A stretch of 64,000 nt of DNA, taken from assembly GCA_050010655.1 (NCBI GenBank), contig JBEKKP010000003.1, positions 6,498-70,497 of the forward strand, written 5' to 3'. Both the position numbers and the translations under genes were made by a program. The DNA is from Candidatus Dormibacteria bacterium. Lineage in GTDB: Bacteria; Chloroflexota; Dormibacteria; Aeolococcales; Aeolococcaceae. Below, piece by piece: positions 30,200 through 40,311 of the stretch; positions within the stretch are counted from its first letter, which is position 1; each line of letters starts with the position of its first letter. The notes under the pieces were generated by a model that saw only the letters and a list, made by a program, of their open reading frames with translations, searched no databases and had not been told where the DNA came from.

Positions 30200-30218
30200 A
30201 GCGCCCGTCCGGGGCGCT
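30200..30218. terminator. 7-bp GC-rich hairpin (AGCGCCC-GTCCG-GGGCGCT) between convergent genes
   Basis: Sits 14 nt after the redoxin stop and 1 nt after the purE TAG. No U-tract follows. Confidence 0.3.
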
Positions 30219-30219
30219 C

Positions 30220-30717
30220 CTACTCGAAGCGGAAGCCTTCGGGAAGCTGGACCTTGGAGCGCATCTTCGCCCGCTCTTCTTTGATGCGAGCGGCCACCTC
30301 ATCGTCGAACAGCCCGATGATCTCTGCGGCGAGATGGCCGGCGTTGCGTGCTCCCATCGGGCCGACCGCGACGGTGGCGACGGGAATGCCCGGCGGCATC
30401 TGGACGATGGAGAGGAGTGAGTCGAATCCGGCAAGCGGCGTCGCCGCGAGGGGTACGCCGATCACCGGAATGGTGGTGAGCGATGCGAGCACGCCGGGAA
30501 GGTGCGCCGCGGCGCCGGCGCCGGCAACAAGGACGCGAAGCCCGCGCTCATAGGCGGACTGTCCGTAGGCACGAACCACATCGCCGGCTCGGTGCGCGGA
30601 CATGACACCGATCTCCCAGCCGATGCCGTAGCCGTCGAGCACCTCACCGCACGTGTTCATCACGGGGAGATCGGACTCGCTTCCGACGACGATGCCGACG
30701 CGGACCGGCGCCGTCAT
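30220..30717 (-). CDS. purE: N5-carboxyaminoimidazole ribonucleotide mutase
   Basis: [14 protein letters not shown]...MSAHR...[15 protein letters not shown] is canonical PurE. Confidence 0.9.
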   Translation of the reverse strand: MTAPVRVGIVVGSESDLPVMNTCGEVLDGYGIGWEIGVMSAHRAGDVVRAYGQSAYERGLRVLVAGAGAAAHLPGVLASLTTIPVIGVPLAATPLAGFDSLLSIVQMPPGIPVATVAVGPMGARNAGHLAAEIIGLFDDEVAARIKEERAKMRSKVQLPEGFRFE

Positions 30718-32009
30718 GTGTGTGCCCCAGCAGCGACGGGACGTCCAATGTCGGTGCGGGCCTGCATTCCTTCGAAGTGCACGCGCGCAAGATTGCCATA
30801 TGCGCGGGTCCGAGCAGCGGAGACGTCGCCGCCGAGCGCGGTGACGCAGAGCACGCGGCCTCCGGACGTCCGGAGCGTGCCGTCAGCGCCGCGCACGGTC
30901 CCCGCGTGAAAACACAGGACATCGCTGTCGAGGGCGTCGATACCGGTGATCGCGTCGCCGCGACGCACGTCCCCGGGATAGCCCGCCGCAGCGGCAACGA
31001 CGCCGACGGCGGCACCAGGCACGGCGCGCGCGATGCCCGCGCCAACCTCGCCGTGCGCGCACGCAGTCATCACATCGAGCAGCGATTCGTCGAGCAGCGG
31101 CAGGACGACCTGTGTCTCGGGATCCCCGAAACGGGCGTTGAACTCGAGCACGCGCACGCCCTCCGGCGTGAGCATCAGGCCAGCGTACAGACACCCGACA
31201 AAGGGATTTCCCTGCTCCCGCAACGCATCGATGCAGGGCTCGAGCACGATGCGCGAAATCTCGGCGATGAACTCGTGCGACGCGGCATCGGGTGGTGGCG
31301 CAATCGCCCCCATGCCACCGGTGTTGGCGCCGCGGTCGCCATCGAAGATGCGTTTGTGATCGCGCGACGCCACCAGGCTGCGCACGTTGCGCCCGTCGCT
31401 CAGCCCGAAGACACTCACCTCAACGCCGGAGAGCACTTCCTCGACGACGACCTGACGCCCGGCATCGCCAAAGCGCAAATCCGCGAGGCACTCGTCGAGT
31501 GCGTGTTCCGCCTCATCGATGTCGGCGCACACCACAACCCCCTTGCCAAGCGCGAGCCCGTCAGCCTTGACGACACACATGCCACCCAGTTCGGCGACGA
31601 ACGCGCTGAGCTGTTTGCGATCCTCCGCACCGCCGGCGATCCAGCGCGCGGTCGGGATTCCCGCCGCATCCATGACCTGCTTCGCGTACGTCTTCGACGA
31701 CTCGATGCGAGCCGCCGCGGCGCTTGGTCCGAAGACGAGCACGCCGCTCGCCGCACACGCGTCGGCGACCCCGGCGGCTGCTGCCGCGTCGGGCCCGATG
31801 ACGACCAGGTCGACCGCGCGCTCGACCGCGAGTCTCGCCACCGCGGTCGCGTCCGTGACATCAACCGCGACGTTCTCCGCGATCTCACTCGTGCCGCCAT
31901 TTCCGGGAGCGACGATGATCGCCACGTCCGGCGCATCGCGGCGGCACGCCCATGCCAGCGCGTGCTCCCGGCCCCCGGATCCGACGATGAGGACCCGCCC
32001 TATTCCCAT
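30714..32009 (-). CDS. purD: phosphoribosylamine--glycine ligase
   Basis: [15 protein letters not shown]...ATP-grasp...[11 protein letters not shown] is typical PurD. Confidence 0.9.
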   Translation of the reverse strand: MGIGRVLIVGSGGREHALAWACRRDAPDVAIIVAPGNGGTSEIAENVAVDVTDATAVARLAVERAVDLVVIGPDAAAAAGVADACAASGVLVFGPSAAAARIESSKTYAKQVMDAAGIPTARWIAGGAEDRKQLSAFVAELGGMCVVKADGLALGKGVVVCADIDEAEHALDECLADLRFGDAGRQVVVEEVLSGVEVSVFGLSDGRNVRSLVASRDHKRIFDGDRGANTGGMGAIAPPPDAASHEFIAEISRIVLEPCIDALREQGNPFVGCLYAGLMLTPEGVRVLEFNARFGDPETQVVLPLLDESLLDVMTACAHGEVGAGIARAVPGAAVGVVAAAAGYPGDVRRGDAITGIDALDSDVLCFHAGTVRGADGTLRTSGGRVLCVTALGGDVSAARTRAYGNLARVHFEGMQARTDIGRPVAAGAHT

Positions 32010-33589
32010 TCGATTGTCGACGGCGGTTTGCTCGAGATGTCGTAGACGACGCGATTCACGCCCGGCACCTCGTTGACGATGCGCCGGCTCATCAATCCAA
32101 GCACGTCGTAGGGGACCTTGGCCCAGTCCGCCGTCATGCCGTCCTCGCTCTCCACGATGCGAATCGCCACGACGTTGCCGTACGTCCGGTAGTCGCCCAT
32201 CACTCCGACAGACGAGATCGGCGTCAGGATCGCAAAGGACTGCCAGACCTTGCGGTAGAGACCGCTGCGCTTGATCTCATCGATCACAACCCAGTCAGCG
32301 GCGCGCAGCGTCTCGAGGCGCTCGCGAGTGACTTCACCGATGATGCGGATCGCGAGACCAGGTCCCGGGAAGGGCTGGCGGAACACCATGTCCTCGGGAA
32401 GTCCGAGCGCGAGACCGACATTGCGGACCTCGTCCTTGAAGAGATACCGCAGAGGCTCGACGAGCTCGAAACGGAGGTTCTCCGGCAACCCGCCGACGTT
32501 GTGATGCGTCTTGATCTTGGTGGCGTTGTGGGTGTCGTGCGACGTCGACTCGATGACGTCCGGGTAGAGCGTCCCCTGGGCGAGAAAGTCGATGTTGCCG
32601 AGACGTTTTGCCTGCTCCTCGAAGACGCGGATGAAGGTCGCGCCGATGCGCCGGCGTTTCTCCTCGGGGTCGATCACCCCGGCGAGCGCATCGAGAAACT
32701 GGTCCGTCGCATCGACATGCACGAGCCGGATATGCCGCTGGGTGATCATCACGTCGACCACCCGCTCGCCCTCGCCGCGGCGGAGCAACCCGTTGTCGAC
32801 AAAGACGCACGTCAGCTGATCACCAACCGCCCGGTGCACGAGCGTGGCTGCCACAGCCGAATCCACGCCACCGCTCAGTGCGCAGATCACCCTGCCGTCG
32901 CCAATCTGCCGGCGCAGCGCGGCGATGGTTGTCTCGATGAACGAGTCGGCCTGCCAGGTGCCCGCGCAGCCGCAGACGTCGATCAGGAAATTGCGCAGAA
33001 CGTCACGGCCGAGTGGCGTGTGCGCGACCTCGAGATGGAACTGGATGCCGTACCGACGACCCGGTCCGACGAACGCTGCGCACGACGAGTTGAGCGAGTG
33101 CGCTATTGCCCGAAATCCGGTGGGGAGCTCGGTGATGACGTCGCCGTGCGACATCCAGACGGCGAGCTCCGAAGGCAGTTTCGCGAAGAGCCCGGCGTTG
33201 TCGTCAACCGTCACCGACGCGCTTCCGTACTCGCGACGTTCTGCTGGAGCAACGGCTCCGCCGAGGTCGACCGCGAGCAACTGCATGCCGTAGCAGATGC
33301 CGAGAATGGGGATGTCGAGGTCGTAGAGCGCAGGATCCGGATGCGGCGCGCCGGGCTCGAACACCGACGCCGGCCCGCCGCTGAAAATGATGCCGCGTGG
33401 CGCGCGCCGGCGGATCTCGTCGGCGCTGATGGAGCCGGGAACGAGCTCGCAGTACACATGCGCCTCGCGCACGCGACGCGCGATCAACTGGCTGTACTGG
33501 CTGCCGAAATCGAGGACCAGGATCGTGTCCTGCGCGATCTGCGCAGGCGCTAGTGTCGGAGCCCCTGCATCAGTCGCAACAGTCATCAC
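32000..33589 (-). CDS. guaA: GMP synthase (glutamine-hydrolysing)
   Basis: GATase domain ([20 protein letters not shown]), the ATP-PPase motif SGGVDSAV and the C-terminal ...STIEWE. Confidence 0.9.
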   Translation of the reverse strand: MMTVATDAGAPTLAPAQIAQDTILVLDFGSQYSQLIARRVREAHVYCELVPGSISADEIRRRAPRGIIFSGGPASVFEPGAPHPDPALYDLDIPILGICYGMQLLAVDLGGAVAPAERREYGSASVTVDDNAGLFAKLPSELAVWMSHGDVITELPTGFRAIAHSLNSSCAAFVGPGRRYGIQFHLEVAHTPLGRDVLRNFLIDVCGCAGTWQADSFIETTIAALRRQIGDGRVICALSGGVDSAVAATLVHRAVGDQLTCVFVDNGLLRRGEGERVVDVMITQRHIRLVHVDATDQFLDALAGVIDPEEKRRRIGATFIRVFEEQAKRLGNIDFLAQGTLYPDVIESTSHDTHNATKIKTHHNVGGLPENLRFELVEPLRYLFKDEVRNVGLALGLPEDMVFRQPFPGPGLAIRIIGEVTRERLETLRAADWVVIDEIKRSGLYRKVWQSFAILTPISSVGVMGDYRTYGNVVAIRIVESEDGMTADWAKVPYDVLGLMSRRIVNEVPGVNRVVYDISSKPPSTIEWE

Positions 33590-33606
33590 TTTCCTCCCAC
33601 CGCTCC

Positions 33607-34767
33607 TCAGACCCCCATGCCGACACGCTGCTCGCGCTGCTGCACCTTGCCTTCCGTCTTGATCGAGGGTGCGATCACCATCTCGGTCTCCTGGAATTCG
33701 GCGATGGTGCGTGCGCCGCAGACTCCCATCGCGGCTTTCAGCGCGCCGACCAGATTCATGCTGCCGTCATCGACGTGGGCGGGGCCGAAAAGAATCTCGC
33801 GGAGCGTGCCCTTGACGCCGGTCCGAATGCGCGTGCCGCGGGGCAGATTGGGGTCCGGGGTCGCCATCCCCCAGTGGTTGCCGCGCCCCGCCGCTTCGGC
33901 TGCTGACGCGAAGATCGAGCCGATCATCACCGCGTCCGCGCCGCTGGCGAAGGCCTTCGCGATATCGCCACCTAGGCGCATGCCGCCGTCCGTGATGATT
34001 GCAACGCGCTCGCCGCTGCGCCGGAAGTGGTCGTCACGAGCAGCCGCGCAATCGCTCGTCGCGGTGACTTGCGGCACACCGACACCGAGCACCGCGCGCG
34101 TGGTGCATGCGGCTCCGGGGCCGACGCCGACCAGCAGTCCTTTGATACCGGTGTCCATCAACTCGAGCGCCGTCGCGTAGTCGACGCAGTTGCCGGCGAC
34201 GATGGGGATGTCCACCGAGTGGGTCAACTCCGAGAACGAGAGGTGCTTGTACGACTTGCTGACGTGGCGGGCGGTGAGCACCGTGCCCTGGACGACCAGC
34301 ATGTGCGCGCCGGCTTCCTGGACGATCGGCGCGCGGCGCTCGGCGTGCGCGGGGACGGTGGACACTGCGCATGCGACGCCGCCGGCAGTGATCTCCTCGA
34401 TCCGCTGCCCGATCAGCCCATCCTGCACCGGTGCCGTGTAGATCTTCTGCAGCAGGGTGTTGATCTTGTCCGGTGGCGACTCGGCGATTTCCGCGAGCAC
34501 TTCGAGTGGGTACTCGTAGCGGGTCTGCACGCCGTCGAGGTTGAGCACCGCGAGGCCGCCGAGCTTGCCCATCTCCCTCGCGAAGTGCGTGTCGACCACG
34601 CCATCCATCGCTGCGGCGAGGAATGGGATCTCGAGCGTCGTTCCGTTGACGGCGAATGTGACGTCGATTTCAGCGGGGTTGACGGTCACGCGGCCCGGGA
34701 CCAGGGCCACCTCATCGAACCCGTACGCGCGCCGGGCCCGTTTGCCTCTGCCCAACTCGAACTCCAT
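33607..34767 (-). CDS. IMP dehydrogenase-family protein without CBS domains (GuaB3-like)
   Basis: IMPDH TIM-barrel motifs (AAMDGV..., [27 protein letters not shown]) with no CBS insert. 386 aa. Confidence 0.75.
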   Translation of the reverse strand: MEFELGRGKRARRAYGFDEVALVPGRVTVNPAEIDVTFAVNGTTLEIPFLAAAMDGVVDTHFAREMGKLGGLAVLNLDGVQTRYEYPLEVLAEIAESPPDKINTLLQKIYTAPVQDGLIGQRIEEITAGGVACAVSTVPAHAERRAPIVQEAGAHMLVVQGTVLTARHVSKSYKHLSFSELTHSVDIPIVAGNCVDYATALELMDTGIKGLLVGVGPGAACTTRAVLGVGVPQVTATSDCAAARDDHFRRSGERVAIITDGGMRLGGDIAKAFASGADAVMIGSIFASAAEAAGRGNHWGMATPDPNLPRGTRIRTGVKGTLREILFGPAHVDDGSMNLVGALKAAMGVCGARTIAEFQETEMVIAPSIKTEGKVQQREQRVGMGV

Positions 34768-34887
34768 CTGGAGATTCTACAGGAGGGAGGTGGGAGTCCG
34801 GCCTTGGGATCCCACCATCTTGTGTCCCGGAGGAGCCCCATCCACCACATCTGGTGGTGACCCGTGCCGGCCGTGGCCCCGGGACGC

Positions 34888-36144
34888 CTACGGGTAGATG
34901 CCCCGGACGCGCGTGGCCTCGGCCACCTTGGTCACGGCGATCCGAAAGGCCGCGTCGCGCAGCGTCACCGAGTGGGTCTGCGCCTCCCCGCGCACCTGCT
35001 GATAGCTGCGGGTCATGACCTCCCGGAGCCGCGAGTTCACCTCGCCGGAACCCCAGAAGTAGGCCTGGATGTCCTGCACCCATTCGAAGTACGACACGAC
35101 AACACCGCCGGCATTGGCAAGGATGTCCGGGAGGATGAGCACGCCCCGCGCGTTGAGCTCCGAGTCGGCTTCGGTGGTGAGCGGCGCATTGGCGCCCTCG
35201 GCAATCACCTTCGCTTTGACACGGTTTGCGTTGCGCGCGCTGATCTGTGCCTCGAGCGCGGCGGGCACGAGCACGTCGACGTCGAGTGCGAGCAGCTCGT
35301 CGCGGTCGATCTGTTCCGCGCCACCGTAGTCCGAGAAATGACCGCCCTCCTCTTTGAGGTGACGCAGCGCAGTCAAGTCCAGCCCGTCGGCGCGATACAG
35401 GCCGCACGTGCTGTCCGAGACACCGACGACAGTCATTCCCTCAGCTGTCAGTAACTCGGCTGACACACCGCCGACTTTGCCGAATCCCTGGATCGCGACA
35501 CGCGCGCCCGACGGATCCATTCCGGCGTCGCGCATCGCGAGCACCGTGACCATGGTGAGACCGCGACCCGGTCCGGTGAAGCGCCCCTCCGAGCCACCGA
35601 TCGCCTGCGGTTTTCCGGTCACCGACGCGGGGACCGAGAAGCCCGCATGCATCGACAGCGTGTCCATGATCCACGCCATCACCTGCGGGCCGGTGCCGAG
35701 GTCCGGCGCGGGAATGTCACGGTCCGGGCCGACGATGAGTGAGATCTCCGTCGTGAATCGTCTCGTGAGATGTTCGAGCTCGTTGAGCGACAGCGCGTGC
35801 GGGTCGCAGATCACGCCACCTTTGGCTCCACCAAACGGGACATCGGCGACCGCAGTCTTCCAGGTCATGTACATCGCCAGCGCCCGCGCGTCGTCCAGCG
35901 TCATTCCCGGGTGGTAGCGCAACCCGCCCTTCGCGGGGCCACGCGCAATGTTGTGCTGCACGCGAAAGCCCGTGAAGACCCGGAACGATCCGTCGTCCAT
36001 CTCCACCGGGAAATGCACGGTGAGCTCGCGTTTCACTTCGCGTAACACCGTACGAACGGAGTCATCAAGCCCGAGGGCGTCGGCGGTGGCGTCGAACTGC
36101 CGCTGAGCAATGCTCAGGGCGGAGCGCTCATTAGACCCGGACAT
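34888..36144 (-). CDS. Glu/Leu/Phe/Val-family glutamate dehydrogenase
   Basis: GPAKGGLRYHP...VPFGGAKGG...IQGFGKVGG motifs. Confidence 0.85.
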   Translation of the reverse strand: MSGSNERSALSIAQRQFDATADALGLDDSVRTVLREVKRELTVHFPVEMDDGSFRVFTGFRVQHNIARGPAKGGLRYHPGMTLDDARALAMYMTWKTAVADVPFGGAKGGVICDPHALSLNELEHLTRRFTTEISLIVGPDRDIPAPDLGTGPQVMAWIMDTLSMHAGFSVPASVTGKPQAIGGSEGRFTGPGRGLTMVTVLAMRDAGMDPSGARVAIQGFGKVGGVSAELLTAEGMTVVGVSDSTCGLYRADGLDLTALRHLKEEGGHFSDYGGAEQIDRDELLALDVDVLVPAALEAQISARNANRVKAKVIAEGANAPLTTEADSELNARGVLILPDILANAGGVVVSYFEWVQDIQAYFWGSGEVNSRLREVMTRSYQQVRGEAQTHSVTLRDAAFRIAVTKVAEATRVRGIYP

Positions 36145-36353
36145 GCGCAGGCCGCACTATACGCAACTGCGCGGCGGTTTAGGTTGCTCGCGACACCCCG
36201 GATTAGGCATTCCGACACGCCGTGTAGTTGCCTGCCCTGGCAGCAACCCACTGCACAATCATTGACAATCCCGATCACAACCAGCATGCTATGCCCGAAC
36301 GATCGGAGGTTTTGGACACCTCCTGTCACAAACAACAAGGAGGCCCATAGGTT

Positions 36354-37121
36354 ATGGCCAGGACCAGACGTAGGCGAGGCGGCGTCGAGAAGGCCGTCAA
36401 ACGCACCGTGAGGCGCGTAGGGACGACAGCTCGCCGTCGCGCACCCGCCGCTGGTGGGGATCTCGTCAAAGCGGTGCAGAACCTCGTGAAGGCGTTGCCC
36501 GTCGGCGAGTTGGAAAAGAGACTTGCGGGCCTCGAAAAGACTGTTGCAAGGCTCGAAGCGAGTCTGCGTGGCGCAGCGAAGCGTGCGGGCACCGCAGTCC
36601 GCGGTACCAAGACCACCGCTGCCAAACGCACAACGGCAAAACGCGGCACGGCAAAACGGGCGACCGCCAAGCGGGCAACGGCGAAGCGGGCAACCGCAAA
36701 GCGCGCCGGCGCCAAGAAGACGACCGCACGCAAGACCACCGCACGCAAGCCCGCGGCTCGCAAGACCAGCGCACGGAAGACCACGGCTCGCAAGACCACC
36801 GCGCGGAAGCCGGCGGCACGCAAGACCACTGCGCGCAAGACCACGGCCCGTAAGCCGGCGGCGCGCAAGGCCACCGCTCGCAAGACCACTGCGCGCAAGA
36901 CGACGGCCCGTAAGCCGGCGGCTGCTCGCAAGACCACCGCGCGCAAGACCACGGCTCGTAAGCCGGCGGCTGCTCGCAAGACCACCGCGCGCAAGACCAC
37001 GGCTCGTAAGCCGGCGGCTGCTCGCAAGACCACCGCGCGCAAGCCGGTGACCCGTCGTCGCGTCAGCAAGCCCGTCGCTGCGGCGCCCGCAGCGGCTCCG
37101 GCAGCAACGACACCGAGCTGA
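36354..37121 (+). CDS. lysine/arginine/alanine-rich histone H1-like nucleoid protein with tandem KTTARKTTARKPAAR repeats
   Basis: AAGGAGG Shine-Dalgarno 10 nt upstream of the ATG. N-terminal coiled-coil region of about 70 aa, then a ~170-aa basic repeat tail. Confidence 0.7.
   Translation: MARTRRRRGGVEKAVKRTVRRVGTTARRRAPAAGGDLVKAVQNLVKALPVGELEKRLAGLEKTVARLEASLRGAAKRAGTAVRGTKTTAAKRTTAKRGTAKRATAKRATAKRATAKRAGAKKTTARKTTARKPAARKTSARKTTARKTTARKPAARKTTARKTTARKPAARKATARKTTARKTTARKPAAARKTTARKTTARKPAAARKTTARKTTARKPAAARKTTARKPVTRRRVSKPVAAAPAAAPAATTPS
36640..37052 (+). repeat. in-frame coding tandem repeats (45/48-bp units; last 2.4 copies are perfect 48-mers)
   Basis: Unit gctgctcgcaagaccaccgcgcgcaagaccacggctcgtaagccggcg starts at 36921, 36969 and 37017 (truncated). 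More diverged copies lie upstream. Confidence 0.7.
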
Positions 37122-37158
37122 GGCCCGAGGCACTCAGCACCAAACCGTTCGATTTCGA

Positions 37159-37191
37159 GAAGGCCCTCGGCACGTGCCGGGGGCCTTCTTC
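37159..37191. terminator. near-perfect 33-bp palindromic hairpin GAAGGCCCTCGGCAC/GTGCCGGGGGCCTTC, bidirectional terminator candidate
   Basis: Lies between the convergent histone-like gene and ltaE. Its core is the perfect palindrome CCGGCACGTGCCGG, and TTCTTC follows. Confidence 0.45.
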
Positions 37192-37220
37192 ATGTCATGG
37201 CGTCGATCGAGATGGCGTCA

Positions 37221-38255
37221 TCAGGCGCTGAGCACTCGTGCGATCACCTCCGCGGCGCGACGCGCTCCTGCGGCGTCCACTCCGAGGTGCGTGACGCAGC
37301 GGAGCGTGTGCGGACCCATCGATCCAATCAGCACGTGCTCCTCGCGGATCCGCGCCGCCAGCAGTGCGGCAGGCTCGGTCGTATCGAACATGACGATGTT
37401 GGTCGGAACCGCGGGCCGCTGCAGCCGCGCTGCGGCGCAACCGCCCACCGCATCCGCGATGAGACTCGCATTGGCGTGGTCGTCCGCCAGCCGGGCGACG
37501 TTGTGCTCGAGGGCATACAACCCCGCCGCTGCGATGACACCGGCTTGACGCATGCCGCCACCCAGACGCTTGCGCCAGCGGCGCACGCTCATGATCGTGG
37601 CGGCATCACCGGAGACGACAGAGCCCACCGGCGCACCGAGCCCCTTGCTCACGCAGACGGTGACGGTGTCGCATTCGTCCACCAGGTCCGCCGGCGGGAC
37701 ACCGAGTGCTGTGGCGGCGTTGAAGAGCCGCGCGCCGTCGCAGTGCACTCGGAGGCCGCGTGCATGGGCTGCCCGTGTGGCGGCGTGCAGGCGTGTCGTA
37801 TCGATGGCGGCTCCACCCCGCCGGTTGTGCGTGTTCTCGATGCAGAGGAGCGTGGACACGGGCTGATGGATGTCGTCTGACCGGACGGCCGCCGCGATCG
37901 ATGCCGCGTCGGGAACACCGTCAACGCTGTCGAGAACTCTCAGCTGGATGCCGGCGACGATTGCGGTGCCGCCGACTTCGTAGACGACCACGTGCGCCTG
38001 CGCGTCCGCGATGACTTCGTCGCCAGGTCTGGTTTGAGCGGCGACGCACGTCAGATTGCCCATGGTGCCGCTCGGGACATACACGGCAGATTCCTTGCCG
38101 AGCAGCCGTGCCATCTCCTCCTCGAGGCGGCGCACCGTCGGATCCTCGCCCCAGACGTCGTCACCCACCTCGGCGCGTGCCATTGCGGCACGCATACCCG
38201 AATCGGGGACCGTCAGCGTGTCACTCCGGAGATCGACGAGACCTGGCGCCGGCAT
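37221..38255 (-). CDS. ltaE: low-specificity L-threonine aldolase
   Basis: DLRSDTLTVP..., VPSGTMGN and the PLP lysine region VCVSKGLGAPVGS. Confidence 0.8.
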   Translation of the reverse strand: MPAPGLVDLRSDTLTVPDSGMRAAMARAEVGDDVWGEDPTVRRLEEEMARLLGKESAVYVPSGTMGNLTCVAAQTRPGDEVIADAQAHVVVYEVGGTAIVAGIQLRVLDSVDGVPDAASIAAAVRSDDIHQPVSTLLCIENTHNRRGGAAIDTTRLHAATRAAHARGLRVHCDGARLFNAATALGVPPADLVDECDTVTVCVSKGLGAPVGSVVSGDAATIMSVRRWRKRLGGGMRQAGVIAAAGLYALEHNVARLADDHANASLIADAVGGCAAARLQRPAVPTNIVMFDTTEPAALLAARIREEHVLIGSMGPHTLRCVTHLGVDAAGARRAAEVIARVLSA

Positions 38256-40305
38256 TGCTCTCGCTCTGGTTCACCTGTGCATCGTGCGGCATCGCCGTCG
38301 CGTCTCGCGGTGGCGGCGCGCCCGGCGACGAGGCGGCCATGCAGATGCGATCGCGCCCCGTGCGTTTCGCCTCGTACAGCGCGCCATCGGCGAGTGCGAA
38401 CAGCTCTGACGCACTGCCGGTGTCCTCGGGGTAAGCCGCCACACCGACACTCACGGTGATACGCACGGCTGCACGATCGGGCAACTCCACATCCGTGGCG
38501 GCGACGGCGAGGCGGATCTTCTCGGCGACGTGGAATGCCTCGTTCCCGGACGTGTTCGGCATCAGCACGACAAACTCCTCGCCGCCGTAACGCGCGGCGA
38601 GATCGGCGCGCCGCACGCTCCCCAGGACTGTCTCGGCAAACGTGATGAGCGCGAGATCACCGGCGTGGTGACCGTGCGTGTCGTTGAGCGCCTTGAAGTG
38701 ATCGATGTCGAGCATCAAAATCGCGAGCGGTGTGCCGAGCCGCTCCGCGAGCGCGACCTGCTGTCCGAGTGAGTCGATGAGAAACCGGTGGTTGTAGAGG
38801 CCGGTGAGGTCGTCGACACTCGCCTGGCGCTGCACCACCGCCAGGAATCGGTAGCGCTCGAGCGCGAGCGAGATCTGATCCGCGGTCGAAGCGACGAGGT
38901 CCGCGTCACCGGCACTGAACACGCAGTGCTGACCCGCGACAGCGAGGACGCCGTGAACGTGCTTCCCGAGCCCGAGCGGTGCGACGCAGAACTCGCGCAT
39001 CTCGAGACGTGACTCGGGCGCCGCGGCTGTTGCACCGAGAATGATCGCTCCGAGTCCGGCGTGACGGAACCCTTCGCCGAGTGGCCCGCGCGCCTCAAGG
39101 AAACCGTCGACCGCGACGTGGCGCCCGCCATCTGCGACGGCGAACGGATCGCTCATCTCCGAGCCGTTGACGACGATCATCGCCATCTCGACGTCCATTG
39201 ACCGGTGCAACTCGGCGCAGACATTGGCGAGCGCTGCCTCGAGCGGCTGGGCGAGACTGAGCTCCATCGCAACCGTCGCGCGGGTCGCGGTGATTCGCAT
39301 CGTCGAGCGCACCTGCCATCGCATCGCTTCGAAACTGGCGCCGAGCCTGCCAACCTCGTCATCGGAATCGGTGTCGACCGGTCGATCGAAGTCCCCGCTG
39401 CCCAGCGCAGCAACTGCGCTGTCGAGACGTTGAAGCGGCCGGCGCAGGTCTGTCTGCACCACGACGACGATGACCAGCATCGCGGCGAGGATCACCGTCA
39501 ACAGGAACAGGATCGACTGCCACGCAAGCGGCGGACCCGAGAATGGCGCCATGACCGCGAGCGTCAGTCCCGCTCCAATCGATGTGGACGCAACCGCGAA
39601 CTGATGCGAGGAAAGCGACACGATCTGCGAATTCGACTCTTCGATCGTCGCCCTGAGCGTGGGGGTGAGCGACGTGGCGTGTCCGCCGACTGCGATGGGT
39701 TGCTCGCCGCTCGCGAGGATGACACCGACCGGGTCCGCGGCCGTCGCGATGTTCTGGTCGATAGCCGTGACGAACGCGTTGGACAGCGGACGAGCCACGA
39801 ACGCAGTGGCCGTCGTTCCCGCAACCGGTGCGCCCGCGACGAGCCACGCGTGTCCGTTCGCTGACGCTGTGGTGGCGGAATCGGCGGTCGCTGCACCGAG
39901 AACGACCTGCGGCAGGGGGACTTCAATCAGCGTCGCACCCTGCACCGTGATCACGGTTCCATCAGTCTCGACCAGGCCGAGGATGTCGTCGGTGCCGATC
40001 ACCGATCCGTCTTCCGTCAGTGCAGCCTGGACGTCCGGTGACGAGGCGAGACCGTGGTTCGCTGCGAGTTGGCGACCAACGCCCGCGATGAACGTTGCGA
40101 GCGACGCACGCTGGCCGCTGATGAGATTCGCCGCGATTGACACGCGCTCCGCGGCGCTGTTCTCCGCCTGAGTCCGCGCGCTGGTCTCCGCGAGCATCAA
40201 TGGGACCACCGCGATGGTCGCGCCGGCGACGAAGATCACGGCGGCGAACTTCAGCGAGAACGACGCTCCTCGCCAGATGCCCCTCAGCCGTCTCACCCCT
40301 CGCAT
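38221..40305 (-). CDS. membrane sensor diguanylate cyclase (periplasmic sensor-TM-HAMP-GAF-GGDEF)
   Basis: Two TM segments flank an extracytoplasmic domain of about 250 aa. A HAMP domain, a GAF-like region, and a GGDEF domain with RYGGEEF follow. Overlaps the ltaE start by 35 nt. Confidence 0.8.
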   Translation of the reverse strand: MRGVRRLRGIWRGASFSLKFAAVIFVAGATIAVVPLMLAETSARTQAENSAAERVSIAANLISGQRASLATFIAGVGRQLAANHGLASSPDVQAALTEDGSVIGTDDILGLVETDGTVITVQGATLIEVPLPQVVLGAATADSATTASANGHAWLVAGAPVAGTTATAFVARPLSNAFVTAIDQNIATAADPVGVILASGEQPIAVGGHATSLTPTLRATIEESNSQIVSLSSHQFAVASTSIGAGLTLAVMAPFSGPPLAWQSILFLLTVILAAMLVIVVVVQTDLRRPLQRLDSAVAALGSGDFDRPVDTDSDDEVGRLGASFEAMRWQVRSTMRITATRATVAMELSLAQPLEAALANVCAELHRSMDVEMAMIVVNGSEMSDPFAVADGGRHVAVDGFLEARGPLGEGFRHAGLGAIILGATAAAPESRLEMREFCVAPLGLGKHVHGVLAVAGQHCVFSAGDADLVASTADQISLALERYRFLAVVQRQASVDDLTGLYNHRFLIDSLGQQVALAERLGTPLAILMLDIDHFKALNDTHGHHAGDLALITFAETVLGSVRRADLAARYGGEEFVVLMPNTSGNEAFHVAEKIRLAVAATDVELPDRAAVRITVSVGVAAYPEDTGSASELFALADGALYEAKRTGRDRICMAASSPGAPPPRDATAMPHDAQVNQSESNAGARSRRSPE

Positions 40306-40311
40306 CCCAGA

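Noticed and set aside
36466-37069. Minus-strand ORFs of 117-247 aa (LRAVVLRAAAGLRAVVLRA... repeats) and possible CRISPR-like periodicity
   Set aside because: They are mirror-frame artefacts of the coding tandem repeats in the plus-strand histone-like gene. The repeats are contiguous with no unique spacers, so this is not a CRISPR array.
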